Source: a bacterium
Lineage (GTDB): Bacteria > JAMCPX01
NCBI GenBank assembly: GCA_037439545.1
Contig: JBBIVV010000014.1
Span: forward strand, 1-58,725
Direction of reading: 5' to 3'
Length of the DNA: 58,725 nucleotides
Part shown: piece after piece, positions 18,487 through 28,900 of the stretch
How positions within the stretch are numbered: the first letter of the stretch is position 1
How the letters are laid out: every line of letters starts with the position of its first letter
The notes under the pieces: model-generated
Database searches by the model: none
What the model saw: only the letters and a program-made list of their open reading frames with translations
What the model was told of the DNA's origin: nothing
Program-made: the position numbers and the translations under genes

Positions 18487-20358
18487 ATGACGGCTATGAA
18501 TAACGGCAGAATACTTGTTATAGACAGAGATAGGTTTTACAAAGAACTTTATCACGATCTCCTCTCAGGGGTAGGGTATGAAGTTTATACGCCTGCAGAG
18601 TACGAGCTTACGAATGCGGATGTCGGTAAATTCGATCTGATCATTTATGAACCCAACAATCATGGAAACCAGTTAGACCCGCTCCTCGATAAAATGAAGG
18701 AGCTCCATTACCTGCCCGATGTACTGGTGGTCACGTCGCAGAATATAGCTTCTGTAAAATCGTCACTGGCAGGACGTGCACCGGATTATACGTACATAAA
18801 GAAGCCGTTTGACGACAGCAAATTCCTTCACATCGTAACAAACATAATAGCCCAGAGAAGGCTTTTTATCGAAAAGGAGAAGCTTGCAAAAGAAGGCATG
18901 GAGTACCTTATACTCCTCGAGGTTTACAAAAGGTCGAGTGATATCCTTTCCCAGAACAGCATTGACGGAGTTTTAAAAAAGCTCATCGATGCCGTTGTCG
19001 TGGAGCTAAAGCTTTCGAAAGCCATGCTGTGGTTCAGGGGCGACGGCGATAATTTCAACCTCCTGCATTCATTCGGATATGAAACAGAGCCATACGATGA
19101 AGCAACCTCGATAAACTGGAAGACATTCAAGCACCGGTCAGCTCTGAAGGACGGCTATTTTGTTTTTTCGGATGCAGAAAACAGGAGTATAATGTATCTC
19201 CTGATTCAGGATCAGCAAGGACACATCTATGTGATGTTAAAACTGGTCAAAAAGGAATCGTCGTTCTCGATCCAGGACACGAGGGTTGCACGGACGCTTG
19301 CCACTTTCGGAGGGATTGCTATATCGAATGCAATAAAGTTATCCCAGAAGATTACGGACACTCTCAGGGCCAGCAACCTCCCGGCTTACAGCTACCGGTA
19401 TTTTACGGAGTATACGGAGAACGAGATCAAAAGGTCTCACCGCATGCACACTATGTTCTCGATTGCGGTAATATCCGTGGAAAATTACCGGGAGCTTGTC
19501 GAGGCATTCCAAAAATCTTATGTTGATGAAATTTTTCTCAAAATGACGAACCTGATAAACGAGGTCATAAGGGACGCGGATACACTCTCGGTTTCCGAGC
19601 ATTCAAATATGCTTAACATATTCCTGCCGGACACGGATTATTTCGGCTCCATCATAACCATGCGGAGGATTAAAAACCAGTTAAAACAGACACTGTATGT
19701 TACGGATGGTTCGCTTACGAAACATGTCGAGTTGATCATTGGCTCGGCGACATATCCGAGTGACGGTACGACAGCCCAGTCCATGCTCGCAAAGGCTTAC
19801 GATATGGCAAAGCGTTCAAACACAGGAAGGCTGAAAGAGATCGCATCGCTGGAATCGCTTGGATTTATGGAATTCTCGGACAACATACTTAAGATTTTCC
19901 GTGATACCGTCGCCGGTGAGAACGATGACGTCACAACCGCGATATTCTCCACGACGAAAGAGCATCTGCTGGATATCATAAACCTGCTTTCGGGCGATAT
20001 ACTTTCAAGACCGTTTATGCGCGGTCTTTTGTTCCTCGGCATGCCTTCGGTAACGAACAATGTCAGGATTATAAAAGAGCAGTACAAACTGTACAGTTCC
20101 AATACGAAGTTCTACCTGCTTGGCAAAAAGCAGCCGGGTGAGATTATTGATATCTCCTATGCACCTATCATGATCATCAATGAAGAACTGGGGAACAGAT
20201 ATTTTCTGTTTAATTTGAATGAAGAATATGCTTATGGTCTTATTACGGAGGAAATAAACAATACGCAGTTTTCAGTGTTTCACACGAGCGACCCCATGAT
20301 AGTCGAGGAACTGATTGCTGTTTTACAGGAAAAGTATTTTTTACAGAAACAAATATAA
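18487..20358 (+). CDS. Signalling protein: atypical receiver + GAF + degenerate GGDEF + DICT-like C-terminal domain
   Basis: RILVID..YIKKPFD receiver with Glu at the phospho site; AISNA GAF end; EIKRSHR..RDADTL..IFLPDTD..IGSATYPSDG GGDEF fold lacking GGDEF; YFLF..YAYGL..FHTSDPMIVEEL. Confidence 0.78.
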   Translation: MTAMNNGRILVIDRDRFYKELYHDLLSGVGYEVYTPAEYELTNADVGKFDLIIYEPNNHGNQLDPLLDKMKELHYLPDVLVVTSQNIASVKSSLAGRAPDYTYIKKPFDDSKFLHIVTNIIAQRRLFIEKEKLAKEGMEYLILLEVYKRSSDILSQNSIDGVLKKLIDAVVVELKLSKAMLWFRGDGDNFNLLHSFGYETEPYDEATSINWKTFKHRSALKDGYFVFSDAENRSIMYLLIQDQQGHIYVMLKLVKKESSFSIQDTRVARTLATFGGIAISNAIKLSQKITDTLRASNLPAYSYRYFTEYTENEIKRSHRMHTMFSIAVISVENYRELVEAFQKSYVDEIFLKMTNLINEVIRDADTLSVSEHSNMLNIFLPDTDYFGSIITMRRIKNQLKQTLYVTDGSLTKHVELIIGSATYPSDGTTAQSMLAKAYDMAKRSNTGRLKEIASLESLGFMEFSDNILKIFRDTVAGENDDVTTAIFSTTKEHLLDIINLLSGDILSRPFMRGLLFLGMPSVTNNVRIIKEQYKLYSSNTKFYLLGKKQPGEIIDISYAPIMIINEELGNRYFLFNLNEEYAYGLITEEINNTQFSVFHTSDPMIVEELIAVLQEKYFLQKQI

Positions 20359-20361
20359 AAT

Positions 20362-21906
20362 ATGGTAAAGATTAAAGGTAAAATATTTATAGCAGATACC
20401 GATCAAAAATCGGTTGTTCTGATAAAAGATGCCCTCAAGACCCAGGGTTATACGGTATACTCTGCGCTGAACGGTGCCAAAGCACTCGAGATTATCATTG
20501 AACAGCTCCCGGACATTGTATTGCTCGGCATGCAGCTTCCGATAATAGACACTGAAAAATTGAGAGATATTATCAGTGCGAATCCAAGGACGGACAAGCT
20601 TGCCCGGATTTTCATAGGTACGCCCGAGCAGATCAAATCTGTCGGCTCCATGGGTGAGAAGGTCATCATGAAGCCGTTCCGTATAGATGCGCTTATCAAT
20701 ACGATATCAGGGATTTATCAAAAACGGCAAAGGACCATAGAACTGTCAAAAGAGAACAAGGAGATAGAGGGAAATCTGGCACAGATATCGCTCGTAGACC
20801 TCATACAGATATTCAGTATGAATAAAAAGGACGGCACGATCACCATATATTCAGAAAAAGGGAACGGGTTCATTTATCTGCAGGAAGGCAATATAATCAA
20901 TGCGACTTTTGAAAAGGTCGAGGGTGTAAAGGCATTCTACCGGCTGCTCGCTATCAGGAATGGAAAGTTCGAATTTATACCGCACCGTGCCCTGACGCCG
21001 ACGAGGATAACCTCGACGACAGAATCCCTGCTTATGGAGGGCATGCGGCATATAGACGAGCTGAAGAAAAGCAAGGACATACTGCCGCACCTTGACGCAC
21101 GGGTGAAACTGAAGAAGAAGCTGTCCGAATTGCCAAAACAGGTCAGAACCATAACACAGGAGGTCCTGCTGCTGCTGGAATTTTATGATAAAGTAGAAGA
21201 CATTGTCGATAACTGTACGTTCCCGGACTATGACGTTCTTCGGGTCCTCATGGCGCTCCTCGAAAAAGGGATTATAGAAATCGTCCAGCAGACCACGCCT
21301 AAGACCAGCGGCATGGACACCAGTATCCTTGCGAACGAGGAAGTCTTCAAGCTTCTGGAAATTGTCTCTGTGAATAAGCACACGAAGCTCGAATCGCACC
21401 GGGGGAGAGTCATCATACTTTCTGCGAATTATATTTCACTGAAAACTTTCATCAACGGTATCAACAACATGCCCAAGTTTACCCTTAACAGCTCCTTTGC
21501 CATAGCAAGCCGGGATGATATATTTTTCGGCGAAGTAGGAGTGCTTGCTCTCACGGAACTCCTGGGGATCGAGATACTGTCCGTGCCGCCGTTGATAGAG
21601 TACGGTCCTTTATGGATGGCTTTATCCAACAGCACGGTTGGTGCCATAGTCCTTTTTGATAAAGGCTCGAAAGAAATATTGAGCCCGTTCCTCAAGGCCG
21701 TGAACAAGTTTAAAAATGCAAAGGACATACCGGTTGCTTACGTGTTCGTGACCCCTGATGAAGTAGAATCGAAAAACAAAATAATACCGACCTTGCGGAA
21801 ATTATTGTCCGCGGGCAGCGATGACCCCATATTCGTTTTCAATAAAAACTCGACCGACAGCGTCAGCGTTATTCCTGCACTGTTGAGAAAGGTCATAAGT
21901 ATATGA
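20362..21906 (+). CDS. Pseudo-receiver + DUF4388 (PATAN) + degenerate MglA-like small GTPase domain protein
   Basis: PDIVLLGMQLP (Asp replaced by Gly), MKPF; IEGNLAQISLVDLIQIF..EGVKAFYRLL..GKFEF..LLMEGMRHIDE; C-terminal GTPase-like pattern. Confidence 0.8.
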   Translation: MVKIKGKIFIADTDQKSVVLIKDALKTQGYTVYSALNGAKALEIIIEQLPDIVLLGMQLPIIDTEKLRDIISANPRTDKLARIFIGTPEQIKSVGSMGEKVIMKPFRIDALINTISGIYQKRQRTIELSKENKEIEGNLAQISLVDLIQIFSMNKKDGTITIYSEKGNGFIYLQEGNIINATFEKVEGVKAFYRLLAIRNGKFEFIPHRALTPTRITSTTESLLMEGMRHIDELKKSKDILPHLDARVKLKKKLSELPKQVRTITQEVLLLLEFYDKVEDIVDNCTFPDYDVLRVLMALLEKGIIEIVQQTTPKTSGMDTSILANEEVFKLLEIVSVNKHTKLESHRGRVIILSANYISLKTFINGINNMPKFTLNSSFAIASRDDIFFGEVGVLALTELLGIEILSVPPLIEYGPLWMALSNSTVGAIVLFDKGSKEILSPFLKAVNKFKNAKDIPVAYVFVTPDEVESKNKIIPTLRKLLSAGSDDPIFVFNKNSTDSVSVIPALLRKVISI

Positions 21907-22568
21907 TAGACCTCCATACGCATTCATTGTTCAGTGACGGCGAGCTGCTGCCGTCGGAACTCGTAAGAAGAGCGGAAGTTATCGGCATAAAAGCCATAGC
22001 GATTACCGATCATGCGGATTTCTCGAATTACCGGTTTGTCATAGAGCACGTAAGAGCTGCTGCCGAAGAATTATCCGCGAGAAAAAAAGACATACAGGTG
22101 CTTGCGGGTGTCGAAATAACGCATGTCCCGGCTGTCGACATCCCGAAACTTATAGAGCTGTCAAGGAAGCACGGCGCTGATGTCGTGGTCATTCACGGAG
22201 AAACTGTCGTTGAGCCCGTTGAACCGAAAACCAATCTCTATGGCATACGGGGGATGGCAGACATAATTGCACACCCCGGGTTAATCAGTATTGCCGAGGC
22301 TGAGCTTGCGGCAAAGAACGGCGTGTATCTCGAGATAAGCGGCAGAGGCGGTCACAGTTTCTCAAACGGCTATGTTGCGATGATTGCCATGAAAACAGGC
22401 GCCAAGCTCGTATTTGATTCTGACGCCCACGCGGATCATGATCTGATGAATTATGATTATGCATTGAAGGTCGTTAAAGGTGCAGGGCTGACGGAAAGAG
22501 ATTTTAGAAATATGCTCTTAAATTCACAAAAGATAGTTCAAAGGAGGGGCCATGATTCTAAGATGTGA
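21903..22568 (+). CDS. PHP-domain phosphoesterase (histidinol-phosphatase-like family)
   Basis: IDLHTHS..SDG, AITDH, GVEITH, IAHPG, DSDAH. Confidence 0.9.
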   Translation: MIDLHTHSLFSDGELLPSELVRRAEVIGIKAIAITDHADFSNYRFVIEHVRAAAEELSARKKDIQVLAGVEITHVPAVDIPKLIELSRKHGADVVVIHGETVVEPVEPKTNLYGIRGMADIIAHPGLISIAEAELAAKNGVYLEISGRGGHSFSNGYVAMIAMKTGAKLVFDSDAHADHDLMNYDYALKVVKGAGLTERDFRNMLLNSQKIVQRRGHDSKM

Positions 22569-25500
22569 AAATTGCCAGACGATGTATATGTTTACCGAGT
22601 CCCAGCTTAAAAATCAGGGCTATAAGTTCGCATGTAAGAAATGCGGTCATGAGAATACATTGGCGTTGCCTTCTGATTCCGAACCCGGGAAACATTCAGA
22701 CCAACCGATTCAGCCTGATGAAGGCGCATCCGATTTTGATGCCGGGGCATCCGCTCTATCCGGCATTGCCGGGCACGACCAGTCCCGGGAACCAGAAGAG
22801 GTACCATCAGAATCCAAAGAAGCACCGGAAGAGCCCCCAAAAGAACCGGACGGTGCGGGAGAACAGCATCTCCCGGAACAGGAACAAAAGAAAACAGAGC
22901 TGGATGATATATTCGACTCTCTCGATATTTCAAAACCGGTGGAACCGGCTGCGGATGAACACCAGCCTGCGGCAGCGGTCGTGAATAAACCTGAAGCTCA
23001 GGGGGCTGATGCAGGAGGCCATGAACAGACACCTCTCATAGAACCGGCACAGGAAACACCGCCTGAGAAAGACGAAGGTGTCATAGAGGGTTTTGAAGAG
23101 TTTACGATGGATGATATCAAAGGTGCGGACAATGTCCAGGCAGAGCATGGGGAAGAGACAGAGCGTGCCTCCGGGTTCAAAGAACAGGAAACGGGCTGGC
23201 TTGAATCGACGAAGATAGAGGAGCATCCTGCATCAGACACCGGTCTTCCTGAAAGCGGCATATCCGGTGAAACAGTTCCCATGGATGATACTGTTCCCGG
23301 AATGATGCAGGAAGATGCAGCGGCTGCAACAAAAAGAAATCAGGAGCCCGAGGCACAGGCAGACGAACATTCCCTACTCAATGAAGAACCGCTCAGCATC
23401 CCTGAATCAGTGCCTTTCAGTGAACAGCCGGAGGAAGCAAAAAAAGTCGTCCCCCCTTATCAAAAACATCTGTTAAAATTACTCACAGTCGCCGGTGGAG
23501 GCATCCTCGTCATTGTTCTGGTGCTCTTAGGAATTTATTATTACCTCGTTGAATATACCACAGCAAAGCCTGATTTTAATAAATTGACCCTTATGACGTA
23601 TAGTGTATTCCCGGTCTCGGAAAAATCCAAGGCCCAGTCACGACAGATGCTGAAAGATGCCGATGCCCTGTATTTGAAGGACACGACAAATGACTATAAA
23701 AAGTCATTAGACCTTTATGAGAAGTCTGTTTCCATGGATCACCATCTTGTCGGTGCATACGCAGGTATAGCGAAGGATTATGCCATTCTCAGGGACAGAG
23801 GCGCGACAAAGGAAGGGCTCAAATACAACAGTAAATTCCTCTCAAGGGTCAAGTCCCTGCTGAAGGACGGTGCAGAATATGATCTCTTGCAGGGTATGAC
23901 GGCCCTTGCGAACAATGATACTAAGCGTGCAGGTGATAAGTTTAAAGATGCATTGCAGAAATCACCGGAGTTTCCGGAGGCGTTGTACTATAAAGCATCT
24001 ATCGATTTTATGCAGGGAAAGCCCCTCACAGACACGGCATCTGCTCTATCAAGGGTAGTCAAGCTTAGCCCTGATATGATAAAAGCACAGCTCCTTCTTG
24101 CAAGGGTATATCAAAAGCAGCATGAGAGCTCCCCTGCCCTGGATCTGTTGAACGGTATCCTTGCCCGCTACCCATACAATACATCAGCGGCAATTCAAAA
24201 GGCGGATCTTCAGGCGGGAACGATCAGCGGGGTCACGCAGTCGATCTCGGAACTCAACGATATGATACGTAAAGGTTCAAACGGGATTGATGCTTATGAC
24301 AGGGCTGATGTGTATTTTACCATAGGCAAATTGGAATTGATGAATAATAATTTTAGTGCCGCTATAGATGCATTCAAGAATTCTTTGCAAGACAACAGCA
24401 CGTCTGCGGCATCCATGGCCCTCGGTGATGCGTATCTGGAGAATGGAAACTTGAACGATGCCGAGAAGCAGTACCAGATGGCTGTGTCGTCAGATAATGG
24501 TTCTGCAGATGCAAAATTCAGATTAGCACATGCATATTATCTCGATCATAAATATGTGCTTGCCATTACAAATTATACGGCAGGTTTGAAACTACAGAAC
24601 GATAATCCACAGGCGCTGTACGGCCTGGCACATGCTCGGGAAAAGAACGGCGAACTTGATAGTGCGTTGGAGGTCATTGAAAAGGCGGTGCAATTGATGC
24701 CTGAAAATCCCGAGTTTATTGTTCTGAATGGAAAGCTGCTCAGAGAAAAAGGTGATTATAAAAAGGCTTCCGCTCTCCTTTCGCAGGGAGGGAAACGATT
24801 CCCCGATTATGCGCCTGTTCATACGGAGTACGGTATCGTACTGAAAGAAACAGGTGATTACAAAGATGCAATCCATGAACTGACCACTGCCATGAACCTA
24901 TCTCCTGATGCAGCAAATACGGAAGCCTACATGGCCGATGTGCTCGACAAGACGGGTAAGTATACGGAAGCCGAGAAGTACGCACTCAAGGCTTTGTCCA
25001 GTGCCAAAAGCTTTCCTTATACATACGAGGTGCTTGGTGATATCTATCTGAACGAACGAAAGCTCAACAATTCCATTCAGTCATACAAAAGTGCAATTTC
25101 ACTCATGCCTTACGATGCGGAAGCACAGTACAAACTGGCACAGGCATACATAGCGGGCGGGATGTTTACCGATGCAGCGGCATCTCTCGCAGGTGCCATT
25201 AAAATAAACCCGGGAAATGCGCTGTACCATTATACGCTCGGCAATGTGAGCCAGAAGACGGGCAATATACAGGGTGCCATCGATGAATACACAAAGGCCC
25301 TTGATTCGGACAGTACCATGGCCGACGCGTATTATCAGAGAGGGATTATGAATATTTCAGGCAGGAATGATCTTGCAGCCGTCAATGATCTGAAAAACGC
25401 AATGAAGTACGCGCCTGAAAATCCGGATTATATGCTTGCACTGGCAAACTACTACTACAACAACAAGGAAACATATGCAGCGATAGATTACCTGAAAAAA

Positions 25501-25977
25501 GCAATCCAAATAGCTCCCCATGTCCCTGAACTTCATTATAGACTGGGGGTTGCGTATAATTATATAGGCAGGACCGAAGACGCAAGGAATGAATTTAACG
25601 CAGCGCTCTCATTGTCCCATAACTATGCAAATGCAATGATCGGGCTCGGCAGCATTTATTATCAGCAGGGAGATATGCAAAGGGCGCAGCAGTACTATGA
25701 AAAGGCAATAAAATTGAGCCCGCAAAACAGCGATGCATACTATTCACTCGGCACGGTCTATGAATATAACGGGATGTATGAAAGAGCGCTGGAAGAATAT
25801 CAATATGCTGCGAAGCTTAACTCGAATTCTGCGACTGCGTATTTCAAGATGGGCATAATGTTGTCCAATCTGAATGAGCCGGACAAGGCAAAGCAGGCGC
25901 TCCTCAAAGCCATAAATCTTGGTCTTTCAAGCGATATGGAAAATGTTGCAAAAAATAAATTACGAAATCTAATGTAG
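22552..25977 (+). CDS. Zinc-ribbon (MJ0042-like) / acidic linker / TM / multi-TPR membrane protein
   Basis: CENC..CKKC at the N-terminus, about 270 aa Glu/Pro/Asp-rich linker, hydrophobic segment GGGILVIVLVLLGIYYYL, then many TPR-like repeats. Confidence 0.88.
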   Translation: MILRCENCQTMYMFTESQLKNQGYKFACKKCGHENTLALPSDSEPGKHSDQPIQPDEGASDFDAGASALSGIAGHDQSREPEEVPSESKEAPEEPPKEPDGAGEQHLPEQEQKKTELDDIFDSLDISKPVEPAADEHQPAAAVVNKPEAQGADAGGHEQTPLIEPAQETPPEKDEGVIEGFEEFTMDDIKGADNVQAEHGEETERASGFKEQETGWLESTKIEEHPASDTGLPESGISGETVPMDDTVPGMMQEDAAAATKRNQEPEAQADEHSLLNEEPLSIPESVPFSEQPEEAKKVVPPYQKHLLKLLTVAGGGILVIVLVLLGIYYYLVEYTTAKPDFNKLTLMTYSVFPVSEKSKAQSRQMLKDADALYLKDTTNDYKKSLDLYEKSVSMDHHLVGAYAGIAKDYAILRDRGATKEGLKYNSKFLSRVKSLLKDGAEYDLLQGMTALANNDTKRAGDKFKDALQKSPEFPEALYYKASIDFMQGKPLTDTASALSRVVKLSPDMIKAQLLLARVYQKQHESSPALDLLNGILARYPYNTSAAIQKADLQAGTISGVTQSISELNDMIRKGSNGIDAYDRADVYFTIGKLELMNNNFSAAIDAFKNSLQDNSTSAASMALGDAYLENGNLNDAEKQYQMAVSSDNGSADAKFRLAHAYYLDHKYVLAITNYTAGLKLQNDNPQALYGLAHAREKNGELDSALEVIEKAVQLMPENPEFIVLNGKLLREKGDYKKASALLSQGGKRFPDYAPVHTEYGIVLKETGDYKDAIHELTTAMNLSPDAANTEAYMADVLDKTGKYTEAEKYALKALSSAKSFPYTYEVLGDIYLNERKLNNSIQSYKSAISLMPYDAEAQYKLAQAYIAGGMFTDAAASLAGAIKINPGNALYHYTLGNVSQKTGNIQGAIDEYTKALDSDSTMADAYYQRGIMNISGRNDLAAVNDLKNAMKYAPENPDYMLALANYYYNNKETYAAIDYLKKAIQIAPHVPELHYRLGVAYNYIGRTEDARNEFNAALSLSHNYANAMIGLGSIYYQQGDMQRAQQYYEKAIKLSPQNSDAYYSLGTVYEYNGMYERALEEYQYAAKLNSNSATAYFKMGIMLSNLNEPDKAKQALLKAINLGLSSDMENVAKNKLRNLM

Positions 25978-25991
25978 AATGGATGGTGGAG

Positions 25992-28900
25992 ATGCAGTTA
26001 AAAAGACTTGAAATACAGGGTTTTAAAACCTTCGTTGAACCTGTGAGTTTTAATTTTGAGTATCCTATAATAGCTATCGTCGGCCCGAATGGCAGCGGCA
26101 AAAGCAATATAGTTGATGCGGTGAAATGGTGTATGGGCGAGCAGAGTACGAGACAGTTGAGGGCGAACCAGATGGCCGATCTTATATTCAATGGCTCTGA
26201 ACACAGAAAGTCTACCGGCATGGCTGATGTTTCTCTCGTTTTTTCAAACGACAACGCCGATGCCTCTTCATCCTATGCTTCTTTTTCGGAGCTGGTCGTT
26301 ACCAGAAGAATGTACAGGGGGCAGGAGAGCGAATACTATCTTAACAAAGATTCGCGGAGATTGAGGGACATTCTCGAATTCTTGATGGACATAGGTATAA
26401 GCTCAAAAGCCTTTTCAATAATAGAACAGGGGCAGATTGGGGAGATCATAGATGCAAAGCCTGAAATGAGAAGGTATGTCATTGAAGATGCCGCCGGCAT
26501 CCTCAAGTATAAAAGCAGGAAAAAACTGGCACTCGATAAGATAGAATTAACAAAGGCAAACATAGCACGGATAACAGACCTGCTCTCGGAGATCAAGAGG
26601 CAGCTCAACCAGGTCAACAAACAGGTCAGGGTAGCGCAGGAGTACAAATCGCTGAAAGAACAGTACAGAGGATTGGATCTCGGCATTCTGAAGACAGAGT
26701 ACTCTGAATTTGCATCCATGCTTTCGGACAGGAAGGCCCGCCTCGAACAGATACGATTCGAACTTGCAAAACTGACATCGCGGGTAACTGCACGGTATAC
26801 TGATCAACAGCGTTTTAAAGACAGGCTCGATAAACAGTCGGCAGACATTACGGACAGACAGAACAAGATCAACAGCTTATCGTCAGAATCCATGCTGCTG
26901 AAAGAAAAAATAGAATCATCACATAGGCTCAGAGAAACGCTGGAGAAGCAAAACGAAAGAATCCACATAAACATAGACGAATTGATAAAAAGAGAAGCTT
27001 ATTTGAAAGACCACATTGAAACCGAGAGCCGCACACTGGAAGACGAACAGAAAGAGCTGAATTCGCTGAACGAAACATTGAAGGTGTACGAGGGCGAGAA
27101 GAACACCCTTGCAGAGAGGGTCAATTCGATTAAGGACAAAATAGAAGAGGAAAGGAACAATGAATTCAGCAGGGTGAGGAAGATCACAGAGATCGACAAT
27201 CAGATAATATCCATAGAGCATGACCTCGAAAATGCTGCGCACAGAATGGAAAAAATAGAACATGATACCGCATTTATAGAGCAGAAGATCGGCGTGCTGA
27301 GAGATGAAAAAAACGGTCTTGAAAAGCAGGAATCGTCAAACGCCGCTGCAATAAAAGAGAATGACGCCCGCAGGGCATCAGCCGATGAACAACTGGCAGT
27401 GCTTGCACAGGAGATGGGAGTGCTGACCGACCGCATGGAACAAACGAAAAAGACCTATGAAAGTACGCGTTCAAGATATGCCACACTCGAGGATCTGAGG
27501 AAAAATTTTGACGGGTATTCTGACGGAACGCGGTTTGTCCTGAAACAGACGGATAGATTCAGTATAGACAAGGTCGTTGCGGATTACGTAAACGTAAAGC
27601 CGGGTTATGAACTCGCAGTACAGGCTATGCTTGGCGATATCATTCAGGGTCTCGTTGTTTCCGATTACAAGGCTGCAGGAGACATCATCGACGCCCTGCG
27701 GCAGCAGGATAAAGGCAGGGCTGTTTTTGTCGTGAAATCGGGGTTTCAGCAAGCACACCGGGAAACCGTACACAACGGTATGCCACTGCTCGGTGTTCTT
27801 GATGTCAAAGACAGTGCCCTCCTGCCGGTATTCCAGTCGCTTCTGGACAACGTGTCTATAGCACAGTCTTTAAAAGAGGCCGTTGCCCTGGCCGATGGAG
27901 GCGCGACAGCGGTAACTTTGACCGGAGATGTCGTGAAACCCGGGGTCATATACGGAGGATCAGAGGGGGCTATTCAAGGGGGCATTCTTGACCGGCGCAG
28001 CGAGCTGGAAAGGCTCCGCCAAGAGGTCGATACGCTGTCGGATAAACTGAAACAACACGAGATTGATAAGACGGACAAGACTTCGAGAATGAATACGCTG
28101 AACATTGAACTGTCGAAACACAGGAATGACAGGCAGGAACTGGAAAAACAGCAATCCAATATCTGGACAAAGATCCAGAATATAGACGTGCAACTGAATG
28201 ATCTTGATAAATCACTCCTCACATTGAAAATGGAGGCCGAAGAACTGAAGTCGAATACTTCCGCACTGTATGAAGAGGCAAGCGATCTGAGACAGAAAAA
28301 GGCACTACATGAGGAAGACAAGGGAGCAAATGCCAGTGTCATTGATGAACTGAAAAATGGACTCATCGATATTGAAGCGCAGCTTGAAAGTAAAAAGGAC
28401 GCCATCTCTGCGAGTAATGTTCATAGTGCTGGATTTAAGGAAAGACTGAATGCAAAATCTTACGACATAAAAAGGATGCAGACAGAGTATGAGGGCATAC
28501 AGGGACAGATTGCCTCATTGAAACAGGAGTCCGGGAAAAACAGCACTACGATTGAAAAAATGGAGCAGGACGCCGTAGCTGCAGGAGGCAGGCTCGCAGG
28601 CATCAATGAGGACATACAGCGGATACAGAATGCGATCGATGATGCAAAAATATTTTATGATAAGGAATTCAAAGAGTCTTCGGATATGGAACATGAAATA
28701 AAACAGCTCGAAAAGGACATTGTTTCCATGAAAGACAACGAGTCTGCACTCGCGATTGAGAGTTCGGAATTTACCATGAAGGCAGGTTATTGCAACGATA
28801 CAGCGAAAGACAAGTACGGCGTCGGTCTTGATCAGTACGAAGCCGGGATTATCGGCGAAGATGAAATGGCGGGGAGCAGGGACAGGCTTGCTGCACTTTC

